This document shows, piece by piece, positions 12,996-26,403 of a DNA stretch of 64,000 bases (positions are counted from its first letter, which is position 1; each line of letters begins with the position of its first letter). Made by a program: the position numbers and the translations under genes. This stretch comes from Dimorphilus gyrociliatus (Eukaryota > Animalia > Annelida): contig CAJFCJ010000019.1 in NCBI GenBank assembly GCA_904063045.1, forward strand, positions 682,001-746,000. Direction: 5' to 3'. The notes under the pieces are model-generated. The model did no database searches, was not told the DNA's origin, and saw nothing but the letters and a program-made list of their open reading frames with translations.

Positions 12996-14271
12996 TTAAT
13001 ACATTTGACGCATGGCAAATAAAACTGAAATTATTTGGAGTATTCCCCTTCCAGTTGATAGATATGATGCTTTATTTATTCTATCATCATCGCTAAATAG
13101 ACTCATAACATATGGAGGATTTTCAACGCATTTGTATTCGATTCCTTTCTGTTTCAATAGATCTTTTATCTGATAAAGGGATTTGTCTCCTTTACAAGTC
13201 TCCCTTAAAGAAAATATATCGATTGATTTCGTTTACTTAAACAATTTTAAGGGTTTGCTTACGTCACTGCCTGCCCCGGTTTAGCTACGAGTACGACTTC
13301 GAGGGTTTTTATTTTATCTTTTGTCAACGATGGTAGTTCAACTCTTCCAAATGTCCTATAAGGTTAATGGGTTATGATAATATTTGCGAACAAATTTTAT
13401 ATATTAAGTAGGTTAAAACTGACGTTTTATTAAAATAAGGATAGAATGGTATCTTTTTACCATTTTTCATACCCCAGCTGGTACTGTTTAGCATAACAGT
13501 TAACTGTTCTTCTGCTGTACTTGCAAACTTAAAAAACAGAGAGAAATTAAACATAATTTCAATATTTATTCTCTATTTAGAGTTAAGCTTACCAAATAGG
13601 ACGCTTGTTCCCAAAATGAACTAGTTGCTGGATTATTATGCTTACAATTTTCGTATGTACGTTCTTCATAACTTTGTTTAATGCATTCACCACAAGGGCA
13701 AGGCTGACCGCTACTATTCTTAGAACACCAGTAGGTATTATCAAGAGGATAGCCTAATGTTAGGGAATGAAGGATAATATATAAAGATGAAGACTATATA
13801 CAGTATATATATATATTGTTTACCTATCAAACTATCTGAAATCGTAAAGAAATAACCAGCTTCTGAAACCTTTGCAACGAAACTATAAAGTTGACTCCAT
13901 AAAAGTCTTTTTTTCGTCGGTATAGCATCTTTAACAAAATCCGTGACTTCTTTATAGTCTGACATTGTAAATGAACAGGAACCATTTCCGTTTCTAGCAT
14001 TATCGAATTTAGTCCAAAATGTATCGCAATCTATAACTTTATCCCTTTAAACAGCGTATAAAAACAAGAGAAAAACTTTAGAATATGGCTCTCCTCTTAA
14101 TAATAGAAAAAAAGATATGATATACTTAGGATAGATATCTCTTTTGCGAACTCGTTGAAAGTATTCACATCTTCCTAAAAAAATTTTCTCCAATCCTTCT
14201 GTTGATTGACAATTTCCAAGGTTAAGTGAATACAATATCAAAATGATAGTTGTCGTTATTTTTCTCATCAT
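12996..14271 (-). CDS. ADP-ribosyl cyclase / NAD+ glycohydrolase (CD38/BST1 family), signal peptide plus probable GPI signal
   Basis: Spliced: MMRKITTTIILIL...IFLGRC...CDTFW...C...LLWSQL...FTISDSLIG|YPLDNTYWC...NNPATSSFWEQAS|...VMLNST...|TFGRVELPSL...C.GDKSL...CVENP..., ending in hydrophobic GILQIISVLFAMRQMY*. Confidence 0.88.
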
Positions 14272-15231
14272 TTCCAATTGTTAATGGAATCTTTGAAAAA
14301 GAATAAATGCAGCTGTTAATTTCTTTATTATAAACCAGATTTTTAACCTATTAAAACACAACTAATCTTATTAAATTAAAGATTACAATTGTCTTATTCG
14401 AATTATAAATAAATGTTAAATATATACAATATTATAGATAAAATAACAATTTACGTATTATATAGTTTTCTTATTGCAAAGTAATTATATACTGTTACTA
14501 TATAAAACTATATATATATTTATAAATAGAAAGGAAGTTGTGGATATTTGATGTTGCGATCTAGACTGATATTAAAAGAATAAAGTATAGGTTAACGTTA
14601 GGGAATTTCCGCCTATTTACATTTGTTTTCTATCGAGTTTAGTTAAATAATACTCGAATGGTTAATCTTTAACATAAAAGCATAGCCTTTTATATTACTA
14701 ATAAATAAGTAATGTTTATTTACATATAAAGAATTTTCTAGTTTAAAATTGCTAATTATGTGCGTAATCTTCCAGTTTTTTTCTTTTCTTATTTCTTTTT
14801 GCGATTATACATAACTTTAACAACAAAATACTAAAATCGATTTATTACTATTGCTTAATAGCATATGCAAATATATAATGAGGAATATGTACTATTGCTT
14901 GTCACCTACCTCTTGTGTTCTTCTTGATATTTTCAAAAAATTGTTGAAATATGTCCTCACTTTCGAGAAGTGGTAAGTTTTTATTCGAAAGTAGTAAATT
15001 TCTTTAACCAAGACAATTATATTTCCGCTCTTTTGAATAGCAAAAACACAATATATACTAGGTATAATTTTACTACAGTTCTCTTCTATACTCATGAATG
15101 GAAAGTGAGCTTTCAACTCTAAATTAAATAAACTACAATACGCTTTTAAAATTTGTATAAGCCTACATTTATGATAGGAATAGATACCACACTAGTATGC
15201 TTTCGTAAACTGGTATTAGCTTTGGTAAAAG

Positions 15232-18200
15232 ATGGCGGCAAAACTGAGCACTCCAGATGATTATAGTCAAGAAAAACCTTTACGTAAGTCTTACGTGTCT
15301 TTTATAATTAACGTGCGTATTAAACCCTCAAGTAGCAAATACTATACGAGTAATTATTTTATCTCTAAGTGCAACGGGCACTTCCTATGATATGATTGCT
15401 TAAAATTTTCCTGCCTGGTCATGTTTTCGGTCCATCCATGAGTAGTTTATTATTAATTGTAATTTAATTCTTTGGTCTGCTAAAAGAAATTGCTTTTGAA
15501 ATGCATAATTGATAAAATTTTGATAATTTTCCTCAGTCTTGCCCCCAACTCATTTTGTTGTACGACAAGAGGAAAAACTAGAAAATAATGAATCTACGGA
15601 GAGGGAGAAAGAAGTTCAAGAATTACAGATTAACCTTCAGAAACGTTATGACGATGCTCTACTAGAAATGAAAGAGCTTAAAGAACAAATTCATAAGTTT
15701 ACGGAAAAAAAACGAGATATAGTGAATATATATGAGATGTTTTTTTAAAGCTATCCTAAAACAAAACTATACACATGCAGGTTGAAAGTATAAGCCCTAT
15801 GCAGCAGTTAATGAGTCCACTATTTCACACAAATGCTGTTCAGAATCTACACGAAATTATAGATACTCAAAAGAAAGAAATAAATATTTTATCAAAAGAG
15901 CTCGAAACTTCAAAAGTATGTCATTTAGATAGAGATTATTGACATTATTCTCTTTAGATATTAATCTTATTATAAATATAATTATCGTATAGATTACCTA
16001 CGAGAAAGAGCTAATGAAAAAAGAAACGGAATTCTCTATTAGAGAAAGAAATTTTCAAGAAGAAATAAGAATCTTGAAGTCACATTTAGTCGAATTAAAA
16101 GAGGATAAAAAAGTTTCTATTACAAATTTAGAAGAGAAATTAAAAGATGAAGAAAATAAATATATTTCGACAATTAATCATTTAAAAGAGAAATTAAACG
16201 ACAAAGTAAATACTTTAGAAGATAGTCTTTCAAAGATAAATAATGAAAAAGATAGTTTAGAAAATGATTTACAACGTTTAAAAAAGGAAACGGAAATTAG
16301 AGAAAAGTTTGTTTTATATATTATACCTGTTTAATCATTTAGAAAATGATTTATATTTATTCTATCTATATATGAAAAGGGAATTGGAATTGGTAGTATC
16401 AAGTCAAAAATCCGAATTAAATAAACTTAAATCTTACTTGTCCGAAGCCGAACTGGAATCTTCTGATAGAACTAATCAAAGAATAATAAAAACTTTACAA
16501 GCTAAAATTGAGGTATGAATATTTTATTGAGGATAAGAACATTAATATTTTGTATTTATATTCTTTTATAGAGTTTAGAAAAGGAAGGTGAACTTTTACA
16601 AACAACAGCCGCTAATACAAAAACCAGATTCGATTGTCAAAATCAAATTTTATGCACTCAAGAAAATGAACTAATGAAATCTATACAAAAAAGTGAACAA
16701 AGAGAGAATCTATTAACAAAGTTTGAAATAATTTACTATTATTTCTATATAAACTAATTATTATATTATAAACTTTTTATTAAAGATGGCGTCAAGAGGT
16801 ATGGAAATTATTAGTAAAAACAAAGCAAAAAGAAGCAATTTATAATAAAGAGAAATTTGAATTAAAAAATAAGGTATATAGTAATATTCGATTTATACAT
16901 ATACTGTATATCTATATTTCTTTATATATTTAGATAACTATTTTAAATGAAAAATGCGAAAGTAATGAAAATCAAATAAATATTTTAAAGCATACTATAG
17001 ACGATAAAAATGCAGAAATTAGCATTTGTAAAAGTGAATACGAAGTTAGTTTATTAATATTTCAAATATATAAATAATTAGTTTAAATAATTATTTGTGT
17101 TTTTTTTCTATTTTTAGAATGTGAAAAGGGAATTAATTTCTGTTCAAAGAATTACTGTTGATATTGATGATCAGTATCAAAACGCTTGTAAATGTCTTGG
17201 TAATGTTTTCAATATGGTTAAGAGGTTTGTTTATTTTATAATAAAATATAGTTTTGTTAATAATAGGTAATTTCTTATTTGTTAAAAGTCTATCTGGCGA
17301 AATAAAGCGACACGAGGATTTCTGTTCTGATTTATCCTTGAAAATACTATCTTTTGATAGAAGGATATCCTTTGCCGGAAACAGAATACAATTTATTCAA
17401 GGTAAACTTTATATCTATGTTGAAAAAGTAAGAGAACGGTTAATAACTACTATGATACGAAAGGATATTCTCTTATATAAAATCCTTTAGCTTGTACTTT
17501 TAACCCAGTTTAGAATTGATTCTCGATTTTCGTACATTAATTGATGAGCATTTATCGTTTGGTTCGCAAAGTGTTCACTTCCCGTATTATAACTATGATT
17601 AGTAGGAACGTTACTTCTACTAATGGATAAGCTAGTTTCATCGAGAATTTGTCCGCCGTTATTGAATTCAATATCTCCCAAAACGTATAAATGATAAATA
17701 TCATTATCTGGTGTTTCTCGTCTCCTATTGCCGTGATTCTCAATATTTAATTCTTCGTAGTTTTCAGAAACGTCATTTTCGTAGTGCGTAGAGCGTTCTC
17801 TATTATTTTCACAATTGCTAACGCAAAATGTCTTTTGAGGTATATTCATATTCTTATATTTGTATATTACAAATATAATTAACATAATTAATAAGGAAAA
17901 GCCAATAAAAAAGCAAGGTAGAATAATTTTTAAATGAGAATCATTAGAATTTGTTGTTTTTTGTTTTTTAAAGCCATCTAACGTTTTATTCCAACTATTA
18001 ATCATTACATAGGGATTTTGTCCTCCGCTCATACCTGTAATAGAATAAATTCATTAGCATATTATACTATTCTATAAACTTTATAGTTCATAATTAGAAT
18101 TCTCGTACTTTCAGATTTAAGATAAAATTTAAAATCATTTAAATTACAATTAGATTTCATTATAAGAGTAAATCTCATTCTTAAGTTTTTCTTTTCGTAT

Positions 18201-19812
18201 AAACAGAAAGACTCCTTATGAACGTTCGTCATACTTATATTGTCAGTAGATAACGTGTAATCTATTATACAAGGATGTTCCATTGTTGTAATAATATCCG
18301 ACTTCATATAATTAGTAATAATAACAATTGTACAATTAGTTCTCTCTTCAAATAGCTTCATTTTTAAACCGCAAACTGAACCAGAATTCCTGTCAAATAA
18401 CGAGAACGATTGACATATTTGATAGCTTTTAGAATGGCATTCTTTTTCCATTCTACATTCTTGTTCTAGAAGAATAATATCTTCAATTAAATAATACCAA
18501 ATCAATAAAACATACAAATATTTTAAAATCATTATTTTGGGATTAAAATAAAAACAATAGGTTATTTATAAGTATTAAAATATTTATAAGCCTATATTAG
18601 TGATTATTTCTACATTGCCCCGTATTTCTTACTTAGTTATTTAGTTAGTACTCAAAAAGAAACTACTCAATTGTAAAGTATAAATTTTTTATTTTAATTC
18701 TTTTTTTAGACCAATTAACGAACAGACAGTATCAACAGCAACAACAGTATAAAGATATTGAAAAAGAGGAATTAAGATGCGAGTTAAACGATATAAAAGT
18801 CGAATTGGAACGAGTTAAATCCGAAAGAGCAAACTTAATTAAACAAGTTAGAAATGATAGCGAACATATTGATGATAAGATAAGAAAAAATGAAAAAATA
18901 TGTAATTAATATCTAAATTAAAATTACAAAAAAAAAGCAATAATTTTATAATATTTATTTATTTAATTAAAAAGATACGGACGAAATTAATCAATTAAAG
19001 AATCGAATTGGCGAATTGCATGCTGAAAATTTGGCTATTGAAGAGAAAAAAAACTATTTAGAGAAGAATTTGGAGAAAATACAAGAAAATGTTACTGAAC
19101 TTGAGAATTGTTTGGATGCTGAGAGAAAGAATTTAGTAGAAAGTAAGTTATTAATTATATTATCCCTATCTGACTCTCTGACACATACGCATACACATTC
19201 TCTCTATCTATCTGTCTAAGTATGTTTAATTCTGTTTAATAGTATTTACACTTTCCTTCTTTTCCCATCAAACTAGATACTGAAAAAGCTAAACAAGAAC
19301 TAAGAATTGAATATTCGGATCAAATTAATGATTTACAATGGAAATTAACAGAAAGTAGGAAAGAACAAACTAGAGCAGGTTCTATTTTTTTATTCTACTC
19401 CATCCTTAGTTTATTCGTTAGTTTATAATTTTATTATTTTAGTTTTGAATATACGCCAATTGGAAAGATCTTTAGAGAGATGTAAACAGGATCTAGAGAT
19501 GGAGAAACATAATGTAATTGAAGAAAATGATAAAATTCGAAAGCATTTACAAAGCTCCGAAAGAGAAAAGAATATTCTTATTGGAAATATAAATGATTCT
19601 TTATTTAAAGATTATTCTTCTTTACGAAAAAAGCCAGCTAGTTTTTATGAGAATGGTAATTTTAAATTCTTTAATGTCTTCTTCCGTTAATTAAATTCAC
19701 TATTTTAAACATGATAATCAATTTAGAAGAGAATAAGAATATGGATAATCTTTTGGAAGAATTGGAAGAACTGTCGTCAGAAACTCTCAGGGATTCGAAT
19801 GATGTTGAATAG
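15232..19812 (+). CDS. CCHCR1: Coiled-coil alpha-helical rod protein 1 homologue, many short exons
   Basis: Motifs matching recalled human CCHCR1: LLPPTHF (LIPPSHF), LLTK|WRQEVWKLLV (LLNRWREKVFALMV), ILSFDRRISFAGNRIQFIQ (LPSLNNRLSYAVRKVHTIR), C-terminal LLEELEELS (LLDDLQDLS). Confidence 0.75.
17487..18532 (-). CDS. Orphan type I membrane receptor-like protein (~323 aa; exons 18532-18109, 18034-17487), nested antisense in a CCHCR1 intron
   Basis: Hydrophobic N-terminus, Cys-containing ectodomain, in-frame 74-nt GT-AG intron, TM IILPCFFIGFSLLIMLIIFVIY, and a cytoplasmic tail with YEND, YEEL and YENR. Confidence 0.75.
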
Positions 19813-20493
19813 GTTTATTTTTCAACAAGCATTTTAAATATGGGCACAGAGATTTTTATACGAAAATTCTCACTCTCTTTCCTCTCCTCTCCTTCGCTTT
19901 CCTTCTTACTCTCTCTCTCTCTCTCTCTTCTACGCTCGTTCTCGCTCATTCCTTATCTTACTATAACGTTTATGAAAAACTTGAAAAAAATAAAGGAGAG
20001 GAAAATAATCGTTCTAGTAACGCCATCTCGTAGCCATATCTGCCAAATAATATTAATGTTAATATTTTTTAGTCTATCTATTTAAAGCCTAAAGTAACTG
20101 AATTTTTTTCAATTTGTAAAAAGTTCTTATTCTGTTTTTTATTAATATTTGAATTTATAAATAAAAAAAAACCATTTTTTAGGTTTTTTTGTATAATTTT
20201 ATCAAAACAAAACTGTTTATTTAATCTGGGATGTTTTTTTTATCTTTTATTTAAGATTAGCTTTATACAGAATTCCCTTCTCTTTACATAGCGAAATTGC
20301 ATAATTTTTTATGATATGAATAACGTGATCCTCCTTGCAAACTTGACTATTGAATTATATCTAGAAATTCATCAACGACGTAATATATATAATCAAGTAG
20401 TAAACTAATATATTATATAGATAAAACGATTTTCTTTCACTAGAATATAGTAGATAACAATCACTAGAAATTAAAGAACAACTCCTCTTGAAT

Positions 20494-21899
20494 TTATGAT
20501 TTCTCGTGAATAAATCGCATATTTGTAGTTAATTCAATTCTATCGTGAATATATTCTTGAATAATTCCAGCTTTTGGACCTTTTTCACTGTCGTCCGATT
20601 CTATTACATTATTCATTAATTCACGAATACCCCTAAGTCGGATAATAATGGCACTATGGTCATTTGCATGAGCTCCTATTAATATACTGTCGGGGGTATC
20701 TATCGTTAGGCCTACCGGAAATATAAAATCCTCTTCTATGTATAATGGCCTTTCCAGAGGTGAACTTTCGTAAATTTCAGAATTGAGTTTTATCGGATCA
20801 CTTATATACACTATCCGCCATATAGGCTCAACGCTTAGGACGACCAAATGCGCTGTATAAAATCGTTTCGACGTTCTCTCTTTGAATAACGTATTGTGAA
20901 CGATGCTGATATAATAGGGTTGTTTGTAACTTAAAAAGGGGGTTCCCCCACGCAAATGAATTGCGTAATCTCTAAAACCGTCTTGAAGTTTTTCCTGATG
21001 AATAAATTTACAATCCGCCTTTAAAGGTAGTCCATCGCATTGAAGAACTCTTAACGGATCAAGACTATGAATAAAGTATAAGTTATCCTTATAAGTTAGA
21101 GACATCCAATGCTTATCTCTCTTCATTCCAGAGTTTTTCAGATCTCTTAGTATTGGGCTTCCTCCTACAGAGTTTGAAAAGACTAATGATGCATTCAAAT
21201 ACAATTTGTGTTTTAAGTACCTGTAATCTTTGGAAAGATGGGAATATCTCTATTATAATTCCAAAGAACGGTGCTATCTACGCTCACTTTCCTTGATAAA
21301 GCCATTGCAACGTTAAACGACACGTACGCTTCTCCTTTAAACTCGAATAATCTTGGTTCAATTGGACCATCTCCTACCCAAAACTGTTTAGGTGATGGTA
21401 TGCCTAAAAATTTACCCGAAGTGATGGGCGACATATTACTATCAAATGTTTGAGTGTATAATATATTATCGTAAAAATCGTTGGATGGCCAATTCTTCTT
21501 TGCCTCATATTTCTCTCTTACAAGCCAAATTCTTGATACTAATAATAGATTATCTTTGTACCAAATTATGGCTGGGCTATTTGCGACAATTGTCTGTTGC
21601 TTTATTGGGTCGATAAGCCTCCTTTCAACTTCGTGTTCGATATAAGGCGTGAAAGAATGAGCTAAAGATGAAATAGTATTTACGGTTAATTTCTTGGATG
21701 CTCCCTTTTCATTAAACATTGATCCAGAAAGATCAAACGTATAATCATACGTATCGGGAGTTTTCAGTTTTCTCTCCCACAACGCATGCATATGATAATA
21801 ATTATTTATTAGAAATAATGTAAAAGTAACAACTGATAATACTCCAATACCAAGCACCAATTTCCTTATAAATCCTTTGTTGATGTTGAGAATGCGCAT
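20494..21899 (-). CDS. Type II membrane five-bladed beta-propeller glycoenzyme, GT91 (BMT)/GH130-like (exons 21899-21221, 21164-20494)
   Basis: N-terminal TM anchor LVLGIGVLSVVTFTLFLI. Motifs NSPAIIW, GPIEPRLF, RDKHWMSL, HLRGGTP, YISIVH, FIFPVGL and GAHANDH. One 56-nt GT-AG intron. Confidence 0.65.
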
Positions 21900-22205
21900 G
21901 ATTTCTTCACAGAAGATGAATACGGAGAATTCGAAATTTAATTGATTACCGAATAAGTAATGAAGAATTAGATTTTTCCAAAAAGCAACTTTAAGGCTGG
22001 TCACGTTTCTCAGGCTGTCACGATTTCAATGCAGGTTGATAGGCATAAAAGGGTAAGCAAAAGATATTCAATATTACAAATTGTGCTGCCATCTCTTGTA
22101 TAATTTTACAATGTAGTTTCTTTTAATAAATGAACAGTGACAATAAGAGTAATTAGGTTTTTGTATTTTATTAAAAACAAAGGTAAAATATAAAATCAAA
22201 AAATT

Positions 22206-25200
22206 TTATATCTCAAATATAGAACTAAGGAAACTTTCCAAATGTCCTAAGATGCTTTCAGAATCAGTAACGCTATGAGCCACATAGGATCCTCCAACAA
22301 TTTCTAATCTAAGAAACAAATGCTTGCAGTCGGGAAGAACAAAGGCAAAGTATTTTTCAGTTTTAGACTCTAACGAAAGAGATAACTATTTAGTATTTAT
22401 TATTTAAATAATTATTAATTAATTAAAGACCTTTTATTAAAAAATAATAGGCTCTGCAATTGTTAACGACATTCTTTAATCCTTGAATAGATTTATAACT
22501 TTTCTTACTGTTTAATAAATGAAATTTTTCTTTAAAATTACGAAATACATAACTATTTTCTCAACTCACTCTTCTAGATAATGACTCATTAACGTGTCGA
22601 AATATCGTTCATAATTTTGCTGACTACTGATTTCTTCAGTTGGGAGTCGAAGACACTCGACTAGGTCAAACACCGAAATCGTCATCGGTTCCAAGTTTGT
22701 ATAAAAAGTTTGAAATGAATCATTAAACCATGTAAGTCTGTGGATATCCCCGTTTATCATATATAAAAGATATTTATAGATTACGAAATACTTTGTAATA
22801 ATTGTAAAAGGCATAGACAGACGAGTCTGAAATTTGATTTGAAAGTTACCTTCGTTACTCATTGTCAAATGTGAAATTTTAACATCTGAAAGCATAGCTT
22901 TAAGTGATATGAGTAATAATTATATTTCTAATACCTTCGATAATAGAACAGAATGTTGGCGTAGAAAATTGTAGTTGAACACAATAAGCTGAGCCAACGT
23001 CGCTTGTCTATTTTTAGCAAACTATTAAATTATCTCGTAAACACCAAAAAATGGGAAAATAACCATTTTTAAGCAGCAATGAAGATTAAAAAATTTATCT
23101 TTTTGACTGTTCTTTACAAATTGTTGGTATTCATTGATATCAAAAGAACATTCTTTATCCTCTTGAACGTCAGTGTATATAGTTCGTTGAGGCATTAACC
23201 TTTCATGTCTAGAGCATAAGTTTCACATTTTTAAGTTCATATTGCATCATTTTTTTTGTCTTCTAATAGATAAAAAAATAAAAACCGTAAAAGTTCAAAA
23301 CTTGATTCGGCAAAAGTATAGGCCGATAAAGGTTCAGATTTTTTTAAGACAATTTCCGCTAATTGGTCAGTTTTTTCCTCACCAGACATATCGAACAATT
23401 TTCTTAACTATTAAATAATACAGAATATACGGAATAGATGACCTAGATAAAATAGAATTTATCAATAAATAAAATACCTTAGCAATAGTAAGTGACGTTA
23501 ATAGTTCATAGTAAAATTTTGCTCTATCTCTTATATCAGTATCGTCATAATTCTCACAAATAAATAGAAGAATCTTTAATATATCTATAAACAATTGCTA
23601 TATAGATATTACATACATATACTGTATAAACGTTAATCTTACCTTCGTTGTAATCTCCATTAACCCTATTAATTATCATTTCCTTACATACAGATAACAG
23701 AGTACAGCCATCGCTCCAAGAGCACGATTTACTCGATTGTAATATTTTCCCAATAAAGAATAAAGGTAGCTACAATTAAAAAGCAAGATTATTATACATA
23801 TTAATTACCTAATTAATTAATTAATTATTAACCTTTATAGAAGATTCTTGACAAACGTAATTTAATATATAAGCGTAATGTTGTAATTTTCCATTCTGAT
23901 ATAAACGTTCAGTATCAATATTATTAATATTCTCTTGTAAGCAGTTAATAACGTCTCTTCTTAAAGCGCTTTAGAGAATTTATAATTTCTATATAATGAT
24001 TAATTGAATTAATATTTGCCAAACTACTTTTCAGCTGATATCGCTTTCAATCCATTCAAAAAATCTACTAGATGTTTCGAGTAATGTACATGAACGGTTA
24101 CAATGCTTATTATCATTCTATTAATAGTAATAAGAATTTTATAGTAATATCATATCATCTTTATCAAATAAGGTTCACCTGCAAATTTCACTTTCAAGAA
24201 CAGGAAAATTTTTATATAGTATATGTAATGAACGAAAGAATGCCGATGCAGATGCCCCTCTAACACCATTTTGAACCATCTTATTTAAACCCACTGTACT
24301 ACCAAGTAGAATCATATCTTGAATTGCAGCTTTTTATGACAAATACATTATATTTCTATAGATTAAGATTTATAAAATAAGTCATTAATCTTACAAGGTA
24401 AATTCGATGATTTTAAGTATAAGCAACAGCAATATATTTTTCTTAATTGGCTGTCGGGTCCGTCAAAAATATTGGGTAATAATTTCTTAAAAAACGAACC
24501 ACTATCAATACTTTGTAATATTGAAAAATCATAATCGTTCGACTATAGTAAAAAATACCATAAATATATTTCTAGAATGTAGAGTATAAGTGATTTTAGA
24601 GGTTAAATAAGTTACTTTTATCATCCATAAGAATAGCATCAATCTCTCCCCTACTGTTGTATATGGCGAAGATGCCAATGAAACAATTGTTTTTACAAGA
24701 CACGAATGTTCTTCTTTCGATAATAAATCAGTTTTGAACGTATTTTTTAAGAATATTAAGAGATCGACTATTTGCATGTTTGAAGTTAACAAATGCCTGC
24801 TAACACGGCTTTTTAACAGCTATGGTAAGAAAAAAAGAATTATAAATAGCTCGGCATTATTAAATTATAGCTGGGTATTATTAAGTACACTTGAACTCTC
24901 ATTCAGCATATATGTTATTTGTCCAACGTCTCGAACAGCCCGAACATATGCGGGATGTCTGATTGAATTAACGTGCTTCATAACTAAAATTATTGCCAAA
25001 TTCATTTCTTTTGTTTGAAAACGATGTTCAACTTGTCCCAATCTCAAACTGTCGTTCATTAGATTCTATATATTGAATATGCGTGTGGTATTATTAAAAA
25101 TTGAAAGTATAACATAATCAGAATAAGTGACAAACCACAGACGACCTTTGCTTCTTAGATAAAAGCGAGCTCATGGCGTCACTACTTAAATTTCTAATAA

Positions 25201-26117
25201 AAGAATATAGGTTTAAATATTAATTGAATATTTCAGAATAAACTTAACATTACTCTACCTTTCGCTACAAACATAGAAGCAAACATGTTTTAGCAGTAAT
25301 GTAAACAATAGTAAATAGTTTTGAAATGCGAAAGTATTCTCCAATTTTAATTGTTCGTAAAGTAAACTTATATGGCTGAACAAGATTCCCTAATTAATTT
25401 AAAGATATCATTTTAATGAATGAATACAAGGAATTCTATAAACAGATTGTATTACGGGGTAAAAATTCTCTATTTCTCGTAGGCAGTCACATGCGCATGA
25501 CCTCAAATGGGTATTTGTTGTATTATTCACTTTTTCCGTTATCTTTAGCAACACATCGATCCAAGCTGACAATTGTAGTGAATTTTCTGTCTTAATGTTT
25601 TTTGTATGAGTTTCAGAATATGGACCCAATCAGGATATGACTCACTTTTTTTAAACAGCAGACTGTCAAAGATGTTATTGACCTCAACAATTTGCCCTTG
25701 AAGATTTTTAAATTGTCATGTATTGCTTCATAGAGTTTAATTAAGGATTTTATGCTGTTAATTTCTCTGTAGGTGTCAACTTACAAATGGCAAGTCACAT
25801 GAGTACAATATGGATGCTATCAAACCTATTTCCCTTCACAAACAAACATATGTAATTTTCCTGTAGGACTGATAATAATGTCAATTTAACGATTTCCTTG
25901 ACGTCATCACTATAGAGTGCCTTAAAAAAGTTAACAGTATTATATAAATATATAATTTGTCAGTGGTTTGATAAAATATTAGTATGGTTATTACTAATAA
26001 GCAGTTTGCAAAAAATTCCTCTTCATCGCACTTTTCTTGAGATAAAAAATCAACAAAATTTTGCCTAATTCTCCAAATATTCCAAACCCATTTATCTTCT
26101 TTCGTGAAAATATCCAT
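22206..26117 (-). CDS. AP5B1: AP-5 complex subunit beta-1, many exons
   Basis: LRSCACDCLREIENFYP (human LQATACECLRELESCKP), DTDIRDRAKFYYELL adaptin motif, C-terminal FVLPDCKHLFLRLE (human HLPPDSKLLLRLE). Confidence 0.8.
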
Positions 26118-26403
26118 AATATGAAAAATCCAAAACCACTCATGTAAAAAATTATTCTCTCTCTACCAGTTATATCTAAAACTTAAATTTAAAATATGAA
26201 ACTCAACAAAATGATATATTAATATTAGTTTTAATTAATATTATTTAGATAAAATATATATTTTTTTAAATATATATATATATATATAAAAACTATATTC
26301 AACTATATTCAACCACTGCTATAACCTTATTTCCGGTAATAGCTGGGTGTAGAGCTTATGAATATCACTAGTTGTTCATTCCTTTCTCCTCAACCATCCG
26401 AAA

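Noticed and set aside
14892-15116. 74-codon minus-strand ORF between the cyclase and CCHCR1
   Set aside because: TTG start, no motif, no clear splice partner. It lies in a divergent promoter region.
17365-17373. ATATCCTTT, a U12-type AT-AC donor-like sequence
   Set aside because: It lies inside the conserved CCHCR1 coding motif RRISFAG, and the exon splices in frame with GT-AG sites.
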